A stretch of 64,000 nt of DNA from Octopus vulgaris (GCA_951406725.2 OX597817.1:41850001-41914000), one strand, 5' to 3'; counted from the stretch's first letter, positions 38,320 to 52,278 are shown. Made by a program: numbers and translations. The notes: a model not told the origin generated them from the sequence alone.

Positions 38320-38872
38320 ACTTGAAGAAGTTGATGAGAGATTGGCCAGAGAGGAAAGTGTTTGTCTCCAATCCTTTCAGACGTGTCTACCAGATACATT
38401 CTTTCGCCATAGCCACAAGTATGATGAAAATAGCTCTTCCTTCCCGTTTGAAGGAAGGAGGCGTGACAATATTGACGATAGACTCGGCTGATAAACCGAC
38501 TTATCCCACATATGACAGCAGTCATTCGACATAAGCCCACAGATCAGAAATGGTTGGACACTGCATGAGTGCCTGCAGAACGGTTTCGTTGCTCTGACCA
38601 CATCTCAAGCAGGTTGGCCCCGTGTTTCTCGAGCCGTGTCTGTAGAGTTTATCCTGAACGGGTAGCACTTCTCTGTAGCATTGCCAGACCAGAGATCTCT
38701 GGAAGTTGTCCATAGGTCAGGTATTTCTTGTTGACGCCCAGGTTCGCCCCAAGCTCATTATTGTACCTCCCCTCCACTAATCCCCTATAGAATGCTTTGG
38801 TTGTGTTGAAGTCGCTCAAGGTCGACCTGGAATGGCATAGTTGCTTGAGAGCTATGTGACACTCGTGGTGCC
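38320..38872 (-). pseudogene. L1/Tx1-type LINE ORF2 C-terminal zinc-binding (zf-RVT-like) fragment
   Basis: TTKAFYRGLV...FQRSLVWQCYREVLPVQDKLYRHG...TCLRCGQSNETVLQALMQCP...LWAYV. Confidence 0.8.
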
Positions 38873-39543
38873 ATAAATAGGTAGATAGATAGATAGATAG
38901 ATTGATTGATTGATTGATTGATTGATAGATAGAGAAATAAAGAGATACATGGATAGAGAGATAGATAAAGGAATACATGGAAAGATAAATAAATAGATAA
39001 ATAGATAGATAGATAGATAAACAGACAGATAGATAGATGGATCGATCGATAGATAAATAGATAGATTTTACATGTAATTAGGAACATAATTTTGCCAATT
39101 ACAAGCTAATAAATGATCTATGTTTTACAATACACCTCCTTCTGAAATGTTTCAAATTATGGTAATTATTTCTTTAATTATTGACTGTCTACTTAGAAGA
39201 ATTCATTCAGAAAGACTAACATAATAACTAAAGTGTTTCCCTGCATTACGAGAGAGGTGTTAAATTGAAGGCCAAGACAGCATTTCATTTTGCCATCTCA
39301 CTTTCTGAATTTACATTTTGCTTATTTGAGCTTCATCATTACAAAGTTTATTTGGATTTTATGTATTCTATATCATTGCTTTGTATACTAAAACATGGTT
39401 TTGGTTCTGTCCTGTAATGGGCTAATCATTTTACTTATTGCATTCATGATGGCAAGAGGAACAATTGAGAATCTGTGTTATTTGGGAAGGACAAATACAA
39501 TGAAGTAGTTTTGTTTTAAAGCACTGATTTAAAAAAAAAAAAA

Positions 39544-39922
39544 TAGGTGCAGGAGTGGCTGTGTGGTAAGTAGCTTGCTTACCAACCACATGGTTCTGGG
39601 TTCAGTCCCACTGCGTGGTATCTTGGGCAAGTATTTTCTACTATAGCCTTGGGCCAACCAAAGCCTTGCGAGTGGATTTGGTAGACAGAAACTGAAAGAA
39701 ACCCATTGTATCATCATCATCATCATCATTCATTTAGCGTCCGTTTTCCATGCTAGCATGGGTTGGACGGTTCAACTGGGGTCTGGGGAGCCCGAAGGCT
39801 GCACCAGGCCAGTCAGATCTGGCAGTTTTTCTACAGCTGGATGCCCTTCCTAACGCCAGGGTGCCCTTCCTAACGCCAACATACATGTATATATGTATAT
39901 ATGTATATATATATATACATAT

Positions 39923-39968
<46 letters not shown>

Positions 39969-40040
39969 GTATGTGTATGTTTGTGTGTCTGTGTTTGTCC
40001 CCCCAATATCACTTGACAACTGATGCTGGTGTGTTTAACA
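39544..40040 (+). mobile_element. SINE family A with an RTE 3' end (-) inserted at its internal microsatellite (39710-39878)
   Basis: Family A halves flank the reverse complement of the RTE tail. Confidence 0.8.
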
Positions 40041-40129
40041 GGCCTTGTGCCTAGATAAGAAAAGAATCTGTATGTTTATACCTCAAAATGAGGTCTCATT
40101 AGTATTATTCTGGATATTATATTTTAGTA

Positions 40130-40860
40130 TGGAGTTATTGTTTAACTCTTCTCATTAGTTTTTCTGATATCTTTTAAACATATACACTACAACTCGTACA
40201 TCATTTATGTATCCAGTGTATATTATGCATTTTAGTTTCAGTATTATTCTGTTCTCTGTTGTGGATAAGAGGCATAATGCAAAGTTAACCTTGTGAGGAG
40301 TAACCTATGGCTATTCCATCTGTGTGCTTGTATACATCATCAAGTGAGTAGTAAAAAAGTACTTCAGTTGTATATATCATAAGTTGTGTTTTTAATTAGT
40401 TTTCCAATATCCTGGGCAGCTATATGTTTGGAGGTTTATATACACTATTTATAATGATTTCTATCATTTCTGCCATTGCACTGTTAGTGAAAGAGCTTTC
40501 TACATCTAATTGTGGAAATGGTACCTATTGTAGCAGTTTCTTTAAAAATCTGTAAAACTTCCTCACGTGATCTGATCCTTATATTTCTCAGGTGTGTATT
40601 CTTTTGTAATGCTGCAATTTGTTAGGCAATTCAATGCGTAACTGCATTTATTTGGTGTATATTGATGTAACATATCTGTTCTGCTTTTCCAATCTATAAG
40701 TTCCAGTCTAAAAATAGTCTTGTTTGTATTATCCTGAATATTAAATTTTAACACAGAGTTGTTTCTCTAAGTCTTCTTATAGTTTCTTGAAGTTTTCTTA
40801 ATGGTTGAGAACTAAACTTCTACACCACACATCCATAATAACACTTTATATTGCTGTTTT
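40130..40860 (-). pseudogene. Decayed Penelope-like reverse transcriptase
   Basis: Across frameshifts: LDVES.FTN...EMIEIII and YKHTDGIAIG, similar to PLE RT SLDVESLFTN and YKQ.DGVAMGS. Confidence 0.65.
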
Positions 40861-41045
40861 ACTGTTTAGTTAAAATAGAAAAGGCAGCACCCTTAGTAAC
40901 CTTTTAGGGCCCCTGAGGCAGTGGGTGGAGGAGAGGAAGTTATTCTAATACTGGAGTTCTGACATGAATGTTTGCTACTTCTTTGTTATTAATAGAACCA
41001 GTTGAGTGCTATACCAAATATCTTATGGTATTTAATTAGAACTTA

Positions 41046-41280
41046 GGGTGGCGAGCTATCAGAAACGTTAGCATGCCAGGCGAAATACTTAGCAGTGTTT
41101 TGTCTGCCACCATGTTCTGAGTTCAAATTCCGCCGAGGTCGACTTTGCCTTTCATTCTTTCGGGGTCGATTAAATAAGTACCAGTTATGCACTGGGGTCG
41201 ATATAATCGACTTAATACGTTTGTCTGTCCTTGTTTGTCCTCTCTGTGTTTAGCCCCTTGTGAGTAGTAAAGAAATAGGT
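41046..41280 (+). mobile_element. Meta-domain-like SINE family B
   Basis: Close match to 1148-1385. Confidence 0.9.
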
Positions 41281-41764
41281 ATTTAATTAGAACTCTTCAT
41301 GTTTACAGTTCAGATTTAACCAGTGTTGTCATCTTTTGCTTTTTATCTTTTCAGGGTTAATAAGTAAAATCCTGGGGTCGATGTAATCAACTATACCTAT
41401 CCCGTGAATTCAAGACCTTGAACCTATGGTAGGAATCAATGATCAGAATTATTTAAAAGTTACCTTTAAAATAGGAGTCAATACACATCAGTATTGAGCT
41501 ATGATTCTAAACACAACACCATGAGTTCAACTACGTGAGTCATGGTGACCAATAAGTTTGCTAGAAATAACAACCAAATCCTGCTTAAATGCCACCTTAC
41601 TGTTTTAAAAATAGACATATTTGATAATGTAGTCCAAGATACATTGTCTGAATAAAATGATGGAATAGTCATGACAGGAACACCTTTGATCATAAGTCTG
41701 CATGATGAGAACTGACCTGGGGTTAAACAACTACAAAACACTATCGTTTTTGCTTTTCTGTCTT

Positions 41765-42400
41765 ATTTATAATTTATATGAATGACCTACTGTATGAAAC
41801 ACTAATTTGTCATTTTACTAATGATAGTGATCTTCCTAGTAATAATCTGAATAAAACAAAAGTGACACCGAAATATAAATTATGATTGAAAGCACCTTTT
41901 ATATTGATTCACTTTGAACAAAATATCAGTAAATGTAGACAGAATTTTTCAGAGAAATTAATTATCATTTACAAAAATATAACCAAATTAAGTCCATCCA
42001 AGAACATCAAATATCTTGAAATTCAGCTCGATGATACTCTCTCAGACATTGTTCATTGAGATAGAATTACATGAAAATTAATCAGAGCACATTTATGCTG
42101 TCAGAAATAGGAAATTATGTTCCTAAGAATGATAAAATAAAATAAAAACTAGAATATATTGCTCAATTTTCAATGCCAACCTAAGTTGTAAAAGTCAAAT
42201 TTGGCCATTAATAATAATTATATGTTAGGAAAATTGAATCTCAACCAAGTGACTCCTTCAAAATTATTGTCATTCTTTAAATTTAATGTAAACACTGGTC
42301 ACATATGTAACAAAATGTATCTTTAAGTTAAAATATTGAAATATTTTGAATAATTATCCATGATTTATGTTATGATTATATTCAAAGTTCACTACCTAAA
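41765..42400 (+). pseudogene. Decayed CR1-group (Crack/Daphne-like) RT C-terminal part
   Basis: IYMNDL...HFTNDSDL (similar to HFADDTNL)...KYLEIQLDDTLS...KLIRA..MLSEIGNYVP...SQIW. Confidence 0.65.
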
Positions 42401-42663
42401 AGCTTTCACAGTTATCAAAATTAGTCATATTTATATATAATCTCAATTAAAAATTCCTCAGAGCATTGTTTATATATATATATTCCTGATATTACCTAAA
42501 CTTTTATTAAAATCTTGGAGTTATATAATTAGATCTCTCCTATGTAAGAACTTAATGAGAGTCAATAAAGCAGTCATGAGTAAAATGTGGCCTGTGGGAC
42601 TTTCTGAATGGCACACTAACGAAAAAATTAATTTGAATGTTTTTAGTAATGTGACCTGCCTGA

Positions 42664-42819
42664 CACTAGCACAGCTAGGGGGCAGGTTGCACTTTTAAAG
42701 GGGCAGCACTTTTCATCCTGTTGTAAGCTATTGCTGTAGGCAATATGTGTTTTTGTGGGGTTCAGGGGTAGCAGACGGAAGGGCCACCACGGGTGGCACA
42801 CACTCTAGCTATGCTAGTG
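42664..42819. mobile_element. 156-bp hAT-type MITE
   Basis: TIRs CACTAGCACAGCTAG / CTAGCTATGCTAGTG; perfect 8-bp TSD CTGCCTGA; a related partial copy at ~46092-46237. Confidence 0.9.
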
Positions 42820-43324
42820 CTGCCTGATAATGAGCCATGGCTCATCCAGACCCCTTCTCATAAAAGCTTGTCTCTGTACCTGCATCAAACGTTTTGATAT
42901 CAGACTGACTGAAACCATTCTATGTTCTATGATACAAATTCCTTGTTTTAAAATGATTTAAATTAAAACCTTCCATCAAAATGTTATGATAATTCCAATC
43001 ACCATCTTCATAATGATTAAATTATTTAATTAATTGTTCATTATTTTCAAAATTACTTAAGCCAAAGGTGATGCAATTTAAAAGAAATATAGTAACAAAA
43101 GGATTAAAACATTGATGTAGGGTCATTATCCTTTCTAAATATTAGTACCCTCTATAAAATGTTGGTCAAAATTTATCATACAAGTGATAGAGTGATCTGA
43201 CCCATCTAGGAGGGAAGCAACTCTGAATAAGAAATGACCTGAGCTGTGACCTTTGGTCTAATTCCACACCAAGCACCAAAATGAAAAAGTAAAATGATTA
43301 TGATTTTTTTAATAATTACAATTT

Positions 43325-43718
43325 ATCTTTTAGCTTTTAATTGTTCCAGTAATTGGGTTACAGTTATGGTGGGGCACCACCTTCAAGGGTTTAGTCAAGT
43401 AAATTGGCTCCAATATTTATTTTTTAAGCTTGGTATTAATTCTACTGGTCTCTTTTGCCAAAACTGCAAAGTTACAGGAATGTAAACAAACAAGCATAGG
43501 TTAAGCAGAGGGGGAAAGAAATAAAAGGACACACTTATATACATGTATATGTTATGTATGATGGGCTTCCACACAGTTTCTGCCCATCAAATTTATTTAT
43601 TGGTCAGCCCGATGTTATAACAGAAGACCCATTCTCAAGGTGCTGCATAGTGGGACTGAACTCAAAACTACATGATGGCAAAACAAGCTCCTTAACCACA
43701 CAGCCATATCTACACCTA
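43325..43718 (-). mobile_element. Old, diverged SINE family A copy
   Basis: Recognisable head and tail in reverse complement. Confidence 0.65.
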
Positions 43719-44891
43719 TTTGAAAGATGTAGCTTCAGTTGAATCAACACCAGGGTATTTCTAATAACTATTTTATTTACCTCCGAGAGGTGAAAGACAA
43801 AGGTAAATCTGGGATTTGAACTCAAATGTAAACAAGCAAAGTTAATTAGTTAAAAGCAATTTTGTTATGTTCCTTACAATTTCTCCCATTTTTATTACTC
43901 TGTAAATATTACACTCTTATTCTATGTCTATGATGTTATACTTTAATAATACTATGATGTTATACTATGTTTATTCTAGGCTTTGTGATATTTACAAATT
44001 TTCAGCTGTATTTACTTTCACTTTCCAGACATTCTTGAAATCATTACCATGTCAGACTAAAATGCTTTGCAACATTTCCTTTGACTCTTTCATTCTATGT
44101 TCAAATGCCACCAAGGTCTACTTTGCCTTTTTATTCTGTGGGGCGGGGGGAAATAAAATAGGTACCAGTTGAGCACTGGGGCTGATGCTATTAACTTACC
44201 CTACTCTTAAAACTACTAGCCTTCTACTGAAATTAGAAGTATCAAGCTGGTGTTTGGAACTTAACTTGAAGGGTTCCTACATAAAATTATATTGGAAGGT
44301 TTCAAATTAAATATAAACATTTTAAATATCAGGGGCTTTTGTATCATAAAGCCAGAAGGATTTCCAGGCAGGTTCGTATCAAAAGCTTTGAATTATTTCA
44401 ATCATTTTATCAAAGAAAACAATAATTTATTAAATTATTTTATTAATTTTTTATTAAATTACTTCATTAATTTATTTTCAAAAGGAAGTATTATTAAGAA
44501 ACATAAAAACAAAACAAACCAGAAGGTAGATATGTCTTGTGTATTGAATATAATAGATAAAAATAAGTTTTTTTTTTTTATGGTTGATACCATTTTTAAT
44601 ATAAGCAATCAGTATACACTGTAACACAGAAAAATAATGCATTGTGTGGAGAACAATGCCATAATGGTATCAAGCTGTGAAATTAATATGGATCTAAAAC
44701 AATTTGAGTCATATAATAAACTATAAGATGATTGACATACCAAATTCAAAATGTTGATGAAAATATAAGTGATGTGTTTGGCACATTTTGTTGATTGAAT
44801 GAATGGCTTATAAGCTGATTAGTGTGGTTGCCACACCTTCTCATTTACTGCGTCTTTTATCTCTAAGGCTTCATTTCCAATTAGGAACAAC

Positions 44892-45450
<559 letters not shown>

Positions 45451-45759
45451 ATGAGTGAATATGCAATTTGTTTGCTCGTTAAGAATGAAGAAAAATCACA
45501 AACTAAAAAAGAAAAAAAAACCCACTGATTATATAACAGAGTAAATATCATTTCCCCTTGAACCTAATGTGACAAAGGTGCAATATGCTTTACTCCCTGA
45601 TGGTGCTCATCCATGTGAGATTGTTCCTATTTATCAATATATCATGATGAATGGTAGAGAAAGAAGATTAGGTTGATGTGAGAAGGGCAAGGAGTTGATT
45701 ATTTATAGAAAATAATTCTACACTATTTTTGGAATGGAGAGTCACAGAATAAATAAGTA

Positions 45760-45822
<63 letters not shown>

Positions 45823-46309
45823 ATCATCATCATTGTTTAACGTTTGTGTTCCATGCTGATATGGGTTGGATAGTTTCATTGTGATCTGGAGAGCCAGTGG
45901 CTGCACCAGGCTCCAATCTGATCTGGCAAAGATTCTACAACTGGATGCCCTTCCTAATGCTTTTCACGTGCCACTGGCACAGGAGTCCTGGCATCGATTA
46001 CATTTGAATAGTGCTTTCTACGTGCCACTGATGTGGGAGCCAGTCAGGGAGCACTGTCTTATGAAGGCACAAGTGTACTTGGAGTGGGGTGGGAGGCGAC
46101 AGGGGCAGCCCATCCCATGTGGCACTTTTAAAGGGGCATGACTTTTGGGTCTGCTATAGGCAATACGTGTTTTTTTGTAGGGTCTGGGGGTGGCAAACGG
46201 AAGGGTCACTCTGGGTGGCACACTACCTATGCTAGTGCTTAGAGTCAATGACAAATGACCAAGACCTTTGGAAATATATGTCACACTTTCTTTTTTTATT
46301 CGTTTATTC

Positions 46310-46682
46310 TTATATTTGTTTCAGTCATTTGACTGCGGCCATGCTGGAGCACCGCCTTTAGTCAAACAAATCAACCCCAGGACTTATTCTTTGTCAGCCT
46401 AGTACTTATTCTATCGGTCTCTTTTGTCAAACTGCTAAGTTACGGGGATGTAAACACACCAGCATCGGTTGTCAAGTGATGTTGGGGGGACAAACACACA
46501 CACACATACATATATATATACATATATACGACAGGCTTCTTTCAGTTTCTGTCCACCAAATCAACTTACAAGGCTTTAGTCGGCCTGAGGCTATAGTAGA
46601 AGACACTTGCCCAAGGTGCCACGCAGTGGGACTGAACCTGGAACCATGTGGTTGGTAAGCAAGCTACTTATCACATAGCCAC
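46310..46682 (-). mobile_element. CORE-like SINE family A
   Basis: Reverse complement of 6564-7013. Confidence 0.9.
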
Positions 46683-46993
46683 AATGAAGATATTCCAACC
46701 TCTTATAGGGATATTTATCCAAGATACACTGGTTTAATATATTAAATTTTGAAACGCTAATTCTTCAATGAATACATTTATATAAAATATCGTAAAATAT
46801 CAAACATTTTTATCAAGTTAGAAAACAGAGAGATCTAATGGATACAAATTAATTTATTAATTAATGAACATATTCACCAACATATGTGTTTTGTAATTTT
46901 AATCTTATTTGTGAAATGAAACAATTGTTGGTGAATATGTTGATTAATTAAAAAATTAATTTGTATATCCATTAGATCTCACTGTTTTGTAAC
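46683..46993. repeat. Penelope-like terminal fragment with an inverted repeat (46817-46882 / 46926-46993)
   Basis: Reverse-complementary arms; GAAACAATTGTT hammerhead 3' half; homologous to 4968-5215. Confidence 0.6.
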
Positions 46994-47068
46994 TCGTTTA
47001 TATATATATATATATCATCATCATCATCATCATCGTTTAGTGTCCATTTTTCATGCTAGCATGGGTTG

Positions 47069-47100
<32 letters not shown>

Positions 47101-47555
47101 ATATATGTTTTATATATATATACATATATATATATATATGATATATATGTTATATATCTATATATATGTTGTACTCTTATTCTTTGACTCTAGAAGCTTA
47201 AATATTTTTCGTCATTTTCATTAATAAATTTATTCTATCTCTTTACACAATGTCTTCATGGGTTTATTTTTTTAATAATGCTAAGCCCTACATTTTTACA
47301 TTTAAATTCAATTATAAAATATTCATTGATAAGATAAGTAATTTTTGAATTGTATTATGTTTGACCATCATTGTTAAAATATTAATCTATATATAGTTTC
47401 TTGATAACTATTAGTTACGATACGTATATCTATTTAATTTATTATTTTTATTATTATTTTTATAATGCAATTTAACGTATTACATATAATTTACTTTGTG
47501 AGTTAATTTTGTAAGATAGTATATTATTTTATAGTTAAGAGGTTTATTTGTTACG

Positions 47556-47720
47556 TAGTCGCAGGAGTGGCTGTGTGGTAAGTAGCTTGCTAACCAGCCA
47601 CATGGTTCCGGGTTCAGTCCCATTGCGTGGCATCTTGGGCAAGTGTCTTCTGCTATAGCCCCGGGCCGACCAATGCCTTGTGAGTGGATTTGGTAGACGG
47701 AAACTGAAAGAAGCCTGTCG

Positions 47721-47751
<31 letters not shown>

Positions 47752-47965
47752 TTGTGTGTCTGTGTTTGTCCCCCTAGCATTGCTTGACAACCGATGCTGG
47801 TGTGTTTACATCCCCGTCACTTAGCGGTTCGGCAAAAAAGACCGATAGAATAAGTACTGGGCTTACAAAGAATAAGTCCCAGGGTCGATTTGCTCAACTA
47901 AAGGCGGTGCTCCAGCATGGCCGCAGTCAAATGACAGAAACAAGTAAAAGAGAGAGAAAGAGAGT
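47556..47965 (+). mobile_element. CORE-like SINE family A, young-looking
   Basis: Full length and retains many CpGs. Confidence 0.9.
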
Positions 47966-48045
47966 ATTACATTTAAGTAAATAAGTTTAATATTAATTGA
48001 TATTTTAGTCAATTCTATAAGTGAGTGTAATATCAAATCTATAAA

Positions 48046-48470
48046 TCTCTTATTATAAAAGGCAGATTTTATCTGCCTCCCTTTGGGAGTTATACAAATC
48101 TACAATATAGGATTTCTTCAATTACAATTTACCTAGCATTTTTAACAGTACAATGCATTGCGTCATGCCAGGTCCAGTTTTTAAAATTTAAACTCCAATT
48201 AAGCAAAATTTACAGAAAACTCACATTTTGGTGTGTGTGTCAAATGCTTTTCTTAGTCTGGTTTACACCACACGCAAACGCACACACACAGTGGGCAACG
48301 AATAAAATGAAAGTAAATAGCGACAGAGTGATTTGAGGAAAGTATTCTGTCTATGACGCTGATAGATACATGAGTAAAATGTATGGGAAGCTAAGAGCTA
48401 AGAGTGAGTGAAAATGTTCTTGGAAGAGAGTAAATAGCGAGAGAGAGAGTGATTTGACAAAGACTTTACA
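48046..48470 (+). mobile_element. Helitron-like 5' fragment
   Basis: A|TCTCTTATTATAAAAGGCAG start resembles 54548; no 3' CTAG end found. Confidence 0.4.
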
Positions 48471-48556
48471 TTAAATAACCGTAGTGGCTTGTGTTAGTAA
48501 TAAAGTAAACATACACTCATACATACATACATACATACATACATACATACATACAT

Positions 48557-48589
<33 letters not shown>

Positions 48590-48879
48590 TACATACACAC
48601 ACACATACATACATACACACATACATACATACATACATATACATACATACATACATATACATACATACATACACACACACACATACACACACACACAGTA
48701 TTGAAGCTTGAGAACAATCAGATACATTTGCAACACATCTGTTGAAAATATTATTGTTCACACACATACATATACATATATACATACAGACAGACAGACA
48801 GATAGACACACACACACACATGATCCAGCATGGCCACAACCTCAAGGCTGAGACATATAAAAGAATAACAGAATATAAA

Positions 48880-49238
48880 TGTGTGCAAAGTACAAGAAAT
48901 ATTAATGCAGTATATGGGGATTGGACAATAAGCGTAAGGCAGTGTCAATGGTGGTTCCAGAAATCCCGAGCCATAAACTACAGCCTAGAAGACGAGCCTC
49001 ATCCTGAAAGATCTGTAGAACTCGACAAGGACATCCTGAAAACCCTGGTGGAACAAAATCTCATCGTAACTGTTGAGGAACTAGCAGAGAAGCTTGGATT
49101 TGGTCATTCAACCATTCATTGAGACCTGTGTGCTATCGGAAAAGTCAGCAAATTGGGTCAATGGGTTCCTCACGAACTTTCCGAGTCTAATTGCATGCAG
49201 AGAGTGAATGTATGCTTTTCTTTGCTGTCACATCTCAC
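48880..49238 (+). pseudogene. Mariner transposase N-terminal fragment, from a different family than 18721
   Basis: RNINAVYG...WFQK...LEDEPH...KLGQWVPHEL. Confidence 0.88.
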
Positions 49239-49257
49239 CACTACTGCGCTATGTATA

Positions 49258-49894
49258 TCTATATATATAAAACTGTAGTTGTGTGAGTGTCTGTCCCCTT
49301 CGATTTAGATTCCTAACTACTCCCACATTTTGCGGTGCAGTTTAACCAAATTCGGGTAGCTTATAGTCGTGATTCATATCGAGCCCGTCTGAATATTAGC
49401 GCGCGTCTACGATGAGTCTACGATTTTAAAAATTATTTAACATCATTTTTTATTCCATTTTAATGCATAATTTTTCGTGTGTCGATGGCGGCGGAGTTGG
49501 CGTCCACGCTCACACCTGCACCTGTGGGGAAGGGAGTGTAAGGAAATCAACGTCGTAATGCGTTGTCAAGGAGACCAGTGTTCTTTTAGAACAACGACTT
49601 CATGGCTTGAAGACACCAAAACAGAAATGGCTAAGAAAGCGTCTACATGAGTCTACGATTTAAAAAAAAATTTACCATCGTTTTTTTCCCATTTTAATGC
49701 ATTTTTTCGCTATTATATAAGGGAAGTAACTCTCTAAAAATGTCTACGATGAGTCAACGATTTAAAAAAAAATTTACCATCATATTTTTTCCATTTTTAA
49801 TGCATTTTTTGCTATTTTTTGGCTATAACTCTCTAAAAATGCTTATATAGTTATTTCCCTTACAAACCCGAGCAACGCCGGGCGATACTGCTAG
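49258..49894 (+). mobile_element. Non-autonomous Helitron
   Basis: A|TC start; 3' hairpin CCCGAGCAACGCCGGG then CTAG|T; three internal GTCTAC...GAGTC..CGATTT subrepeats. Confidence 0.88.
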
Positions 49895-50159
49895 TACTAT
49901 ATATAAATTAATAATATAGTAAGTTTAAATAATAGGTGTGTATATATTTGAAGCATTTTCTATTTTTAATTTTAATATTCATAGTTTGTTCTAGCATTAT
50001 GTATATAACTTAACATGAAGTTTTTTAGTATATATTATTTAATTAGAATAAGATTTAACTTAGATGTTTATTAAATAAATTAATTAATTAATCAATAATT
50101 TAATTTAATGTATATAGAGCAAATTATAGTATTTTAGTTTTCACTTAATGTATATTTTG

Positions 50160-50205
<46 letters not shown>

Positions 50206-50262
50206 TTAAAAAATATTTTAGCCCGAAGGCCGCGGCCATGCTGGAGCACCACCACTGTAGAA

Positions 50263-50301
50263 AAAAATATGGAACGCTTCATGAATTTGCGTGTCATCCT
50301 T
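50263..50301 (-). pseudogene. U6: U6 snRNA 3' fragment (retrocopy)
   Basis: Minus strand AAGGATGACACGCAAATTCATGAAGCGTTCCATATTTTT, one mismatch to the conserved U6 3' end. Confidence 0.92.
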
Positions 50302-50665
50302 AATTAATTGTAATTCAATTTTCTAGTAATGATACATTATAGTTTGTTATTTTTTTCTTATATAAGATAAAATTTATTTTCATAGATATAATAAATATTT
50401 ATACTTATTTATTCTAGTTTTCTTTACACTAGAATATATTTGTTAAGATATTCCGTGTTTTACAAGATTATATCATCATTATCATCATCATCATCATCAT
50501 CGTTTAGCGTCCGTTTTCCATGCTAGCATGGGTTGGACGGTTCAACTGGGGTCTGTGAAGCCGGAAGGCTTCATCAGGCCCAGTCAGATCTGGCAGTGTT
50601 TCTACGGCTGGATGCCCTTCCTAACGTATATTTATTTATTTAATTATTTTATTGTTTTTAACTTG

Positions 50666-50746
50666 GACCTGATGAGTGGCTATATTTAAATTGAATTAAT
50701 TTTACTGTTATTAGTTTTTAAATATAGCCACAAAATACATGTAGTC
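50666..50746 (+). ncRNA. Hammerhead-like motif, G12 mutated
   Basis: GAC-CTGATGA-GTGGCTATATTTAAA...TTTAAATATAGCCAC-AAAA-TACATGTA-GTC, with a perfect 15-bp stem II. Confidence 0.65.
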
Positions 50747-50928
50747 ATTTTACCAATTATATACTTTTTATTTATCATTTTGTACATTACTTAATCATTC
50801 GTATATGTTTTTATCTTATATTTAATTTTTTCTATATGGTATAATTTAATTATTTCATTGTTGAATTGATAAAAGGTGGTTTTTTTCCTAATTTATATAT
50901 ATATATAAACGATGATGATGATGATGAT

Positions 50929-51640
50929 CACACGGTTCCGGATTCAGTCCCACTGCATGACACCTTGGGCAAGTGTCTTGTACTATAGCCTCAGACCAAC
51001 CAAAGCCTTGTGATTGGATTTGATAGACAGAAATTGAAGGAAGTTCATCACATATATATAGCTATGAGTGTGTGTATTTGTCTTTGTGTTCATCTTTGTT
51101 CCCCACTACTGCTTGACAACCGGTGTTGGTGTGTTTATGTCCCCATAACTTAGCTTTTTGGCAGAACAGACTGACAATATAAGCATCAGGCTTTAAAAAT
51201 AATATTAGTCGGGGGGGGGGCTCCTAAAGTGGTCCCAGGGAGTAGTGTCCCTGCCTTCCTGAGCTAGTTTTTCACCACATTACTTAAAAATTGTGGTAGA
51301 GGCCTTGGTCTCGGGACTACTCATGTCTAGAAACTGAGGATAGGGATAAGCAAGGGCATGCTCCCTGTAGAAAATCCAGCTCCAAAAAAAGCCTCATGAT
51401 AGCCAGCTTAAAGGTTGGGGTGGGCTGTACCTGCCTACCTCAGTTGCTATGGCACTGAGGTAGATCCAGCCACCCCCATTAATAGAGACTAAACCCAAAT
51501 TTAAAACATGGGATGATGATGATTTAAAACACTAGATGATGATGATGGTTAGTACTGTGGTCAGTTTGTTCATCTAAAATGCTTTAAGGTAGTGCCCCAG
51601 AATGGCCACAGTCTAATAACTGAAACAAGTAAAAGATATA
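50929..51640 (+). mobile_element. SINE family A with a different GAT-tailed element inserted (~51210-51548)
   Basis: Family A halves flank an unrelated segment containing AAGGGCATGCTCCCTGTAGAAAAT and a (GAT)n tail. Confidence 0.7.
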
Positions 51641-52044
51641 ACAGAAAAGATTCAATTATTTGTGAGAAAGGTGAGATAATTTATGTCATATACTTCATGG
51701 ATAGAAATTGATAGAAACAATATTTTAGGTATAAATTAAGATAAAAAACATAAAAAGCTAACTGATGAAAAAGATAAGTGTTAGTTAAAAATATATGTTG
51801 CTAAAAATTTTTTTAAAAGTGATTAAGAAAGGAAAGGTGTCTCAACGAGCAAAATATATAAATATAATTTATTACTAATGGAATATAATATGTGAAAGTG
51901 TGGAAGCTAGGATTTAGGAGGAGAAATGAAAATTTGTTGATGTAATTGAGGTTGTAAACTGGTAAGCCTGTCAGTGAATAAATAATATATGATGTGCATC
52001 TGTATGGGTTAATATATAATTTGGTGATTTAATACTGAAAAAGT

Positions 52045-52084
52045 ATACATACATACATATATCCACACACATACCATGTATATA

Positions 52085-52128
<44 letters not shown>

Positions 52129-52190
52129 TATACATGGTATGTGTGTGGATGCATGCATGTATGTATATATATATATATACACACATATTC

Positions 52191-52223
<33 letters not shown>

Positions 52224-52227
52224 TACA

Positions 52228-52278
<51 letters not shown>

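Noticed and set aside
50263-50301. Functional U6 gene
   Set aside because: The 5' two-thirds, including the ACAGAGA box, is missing
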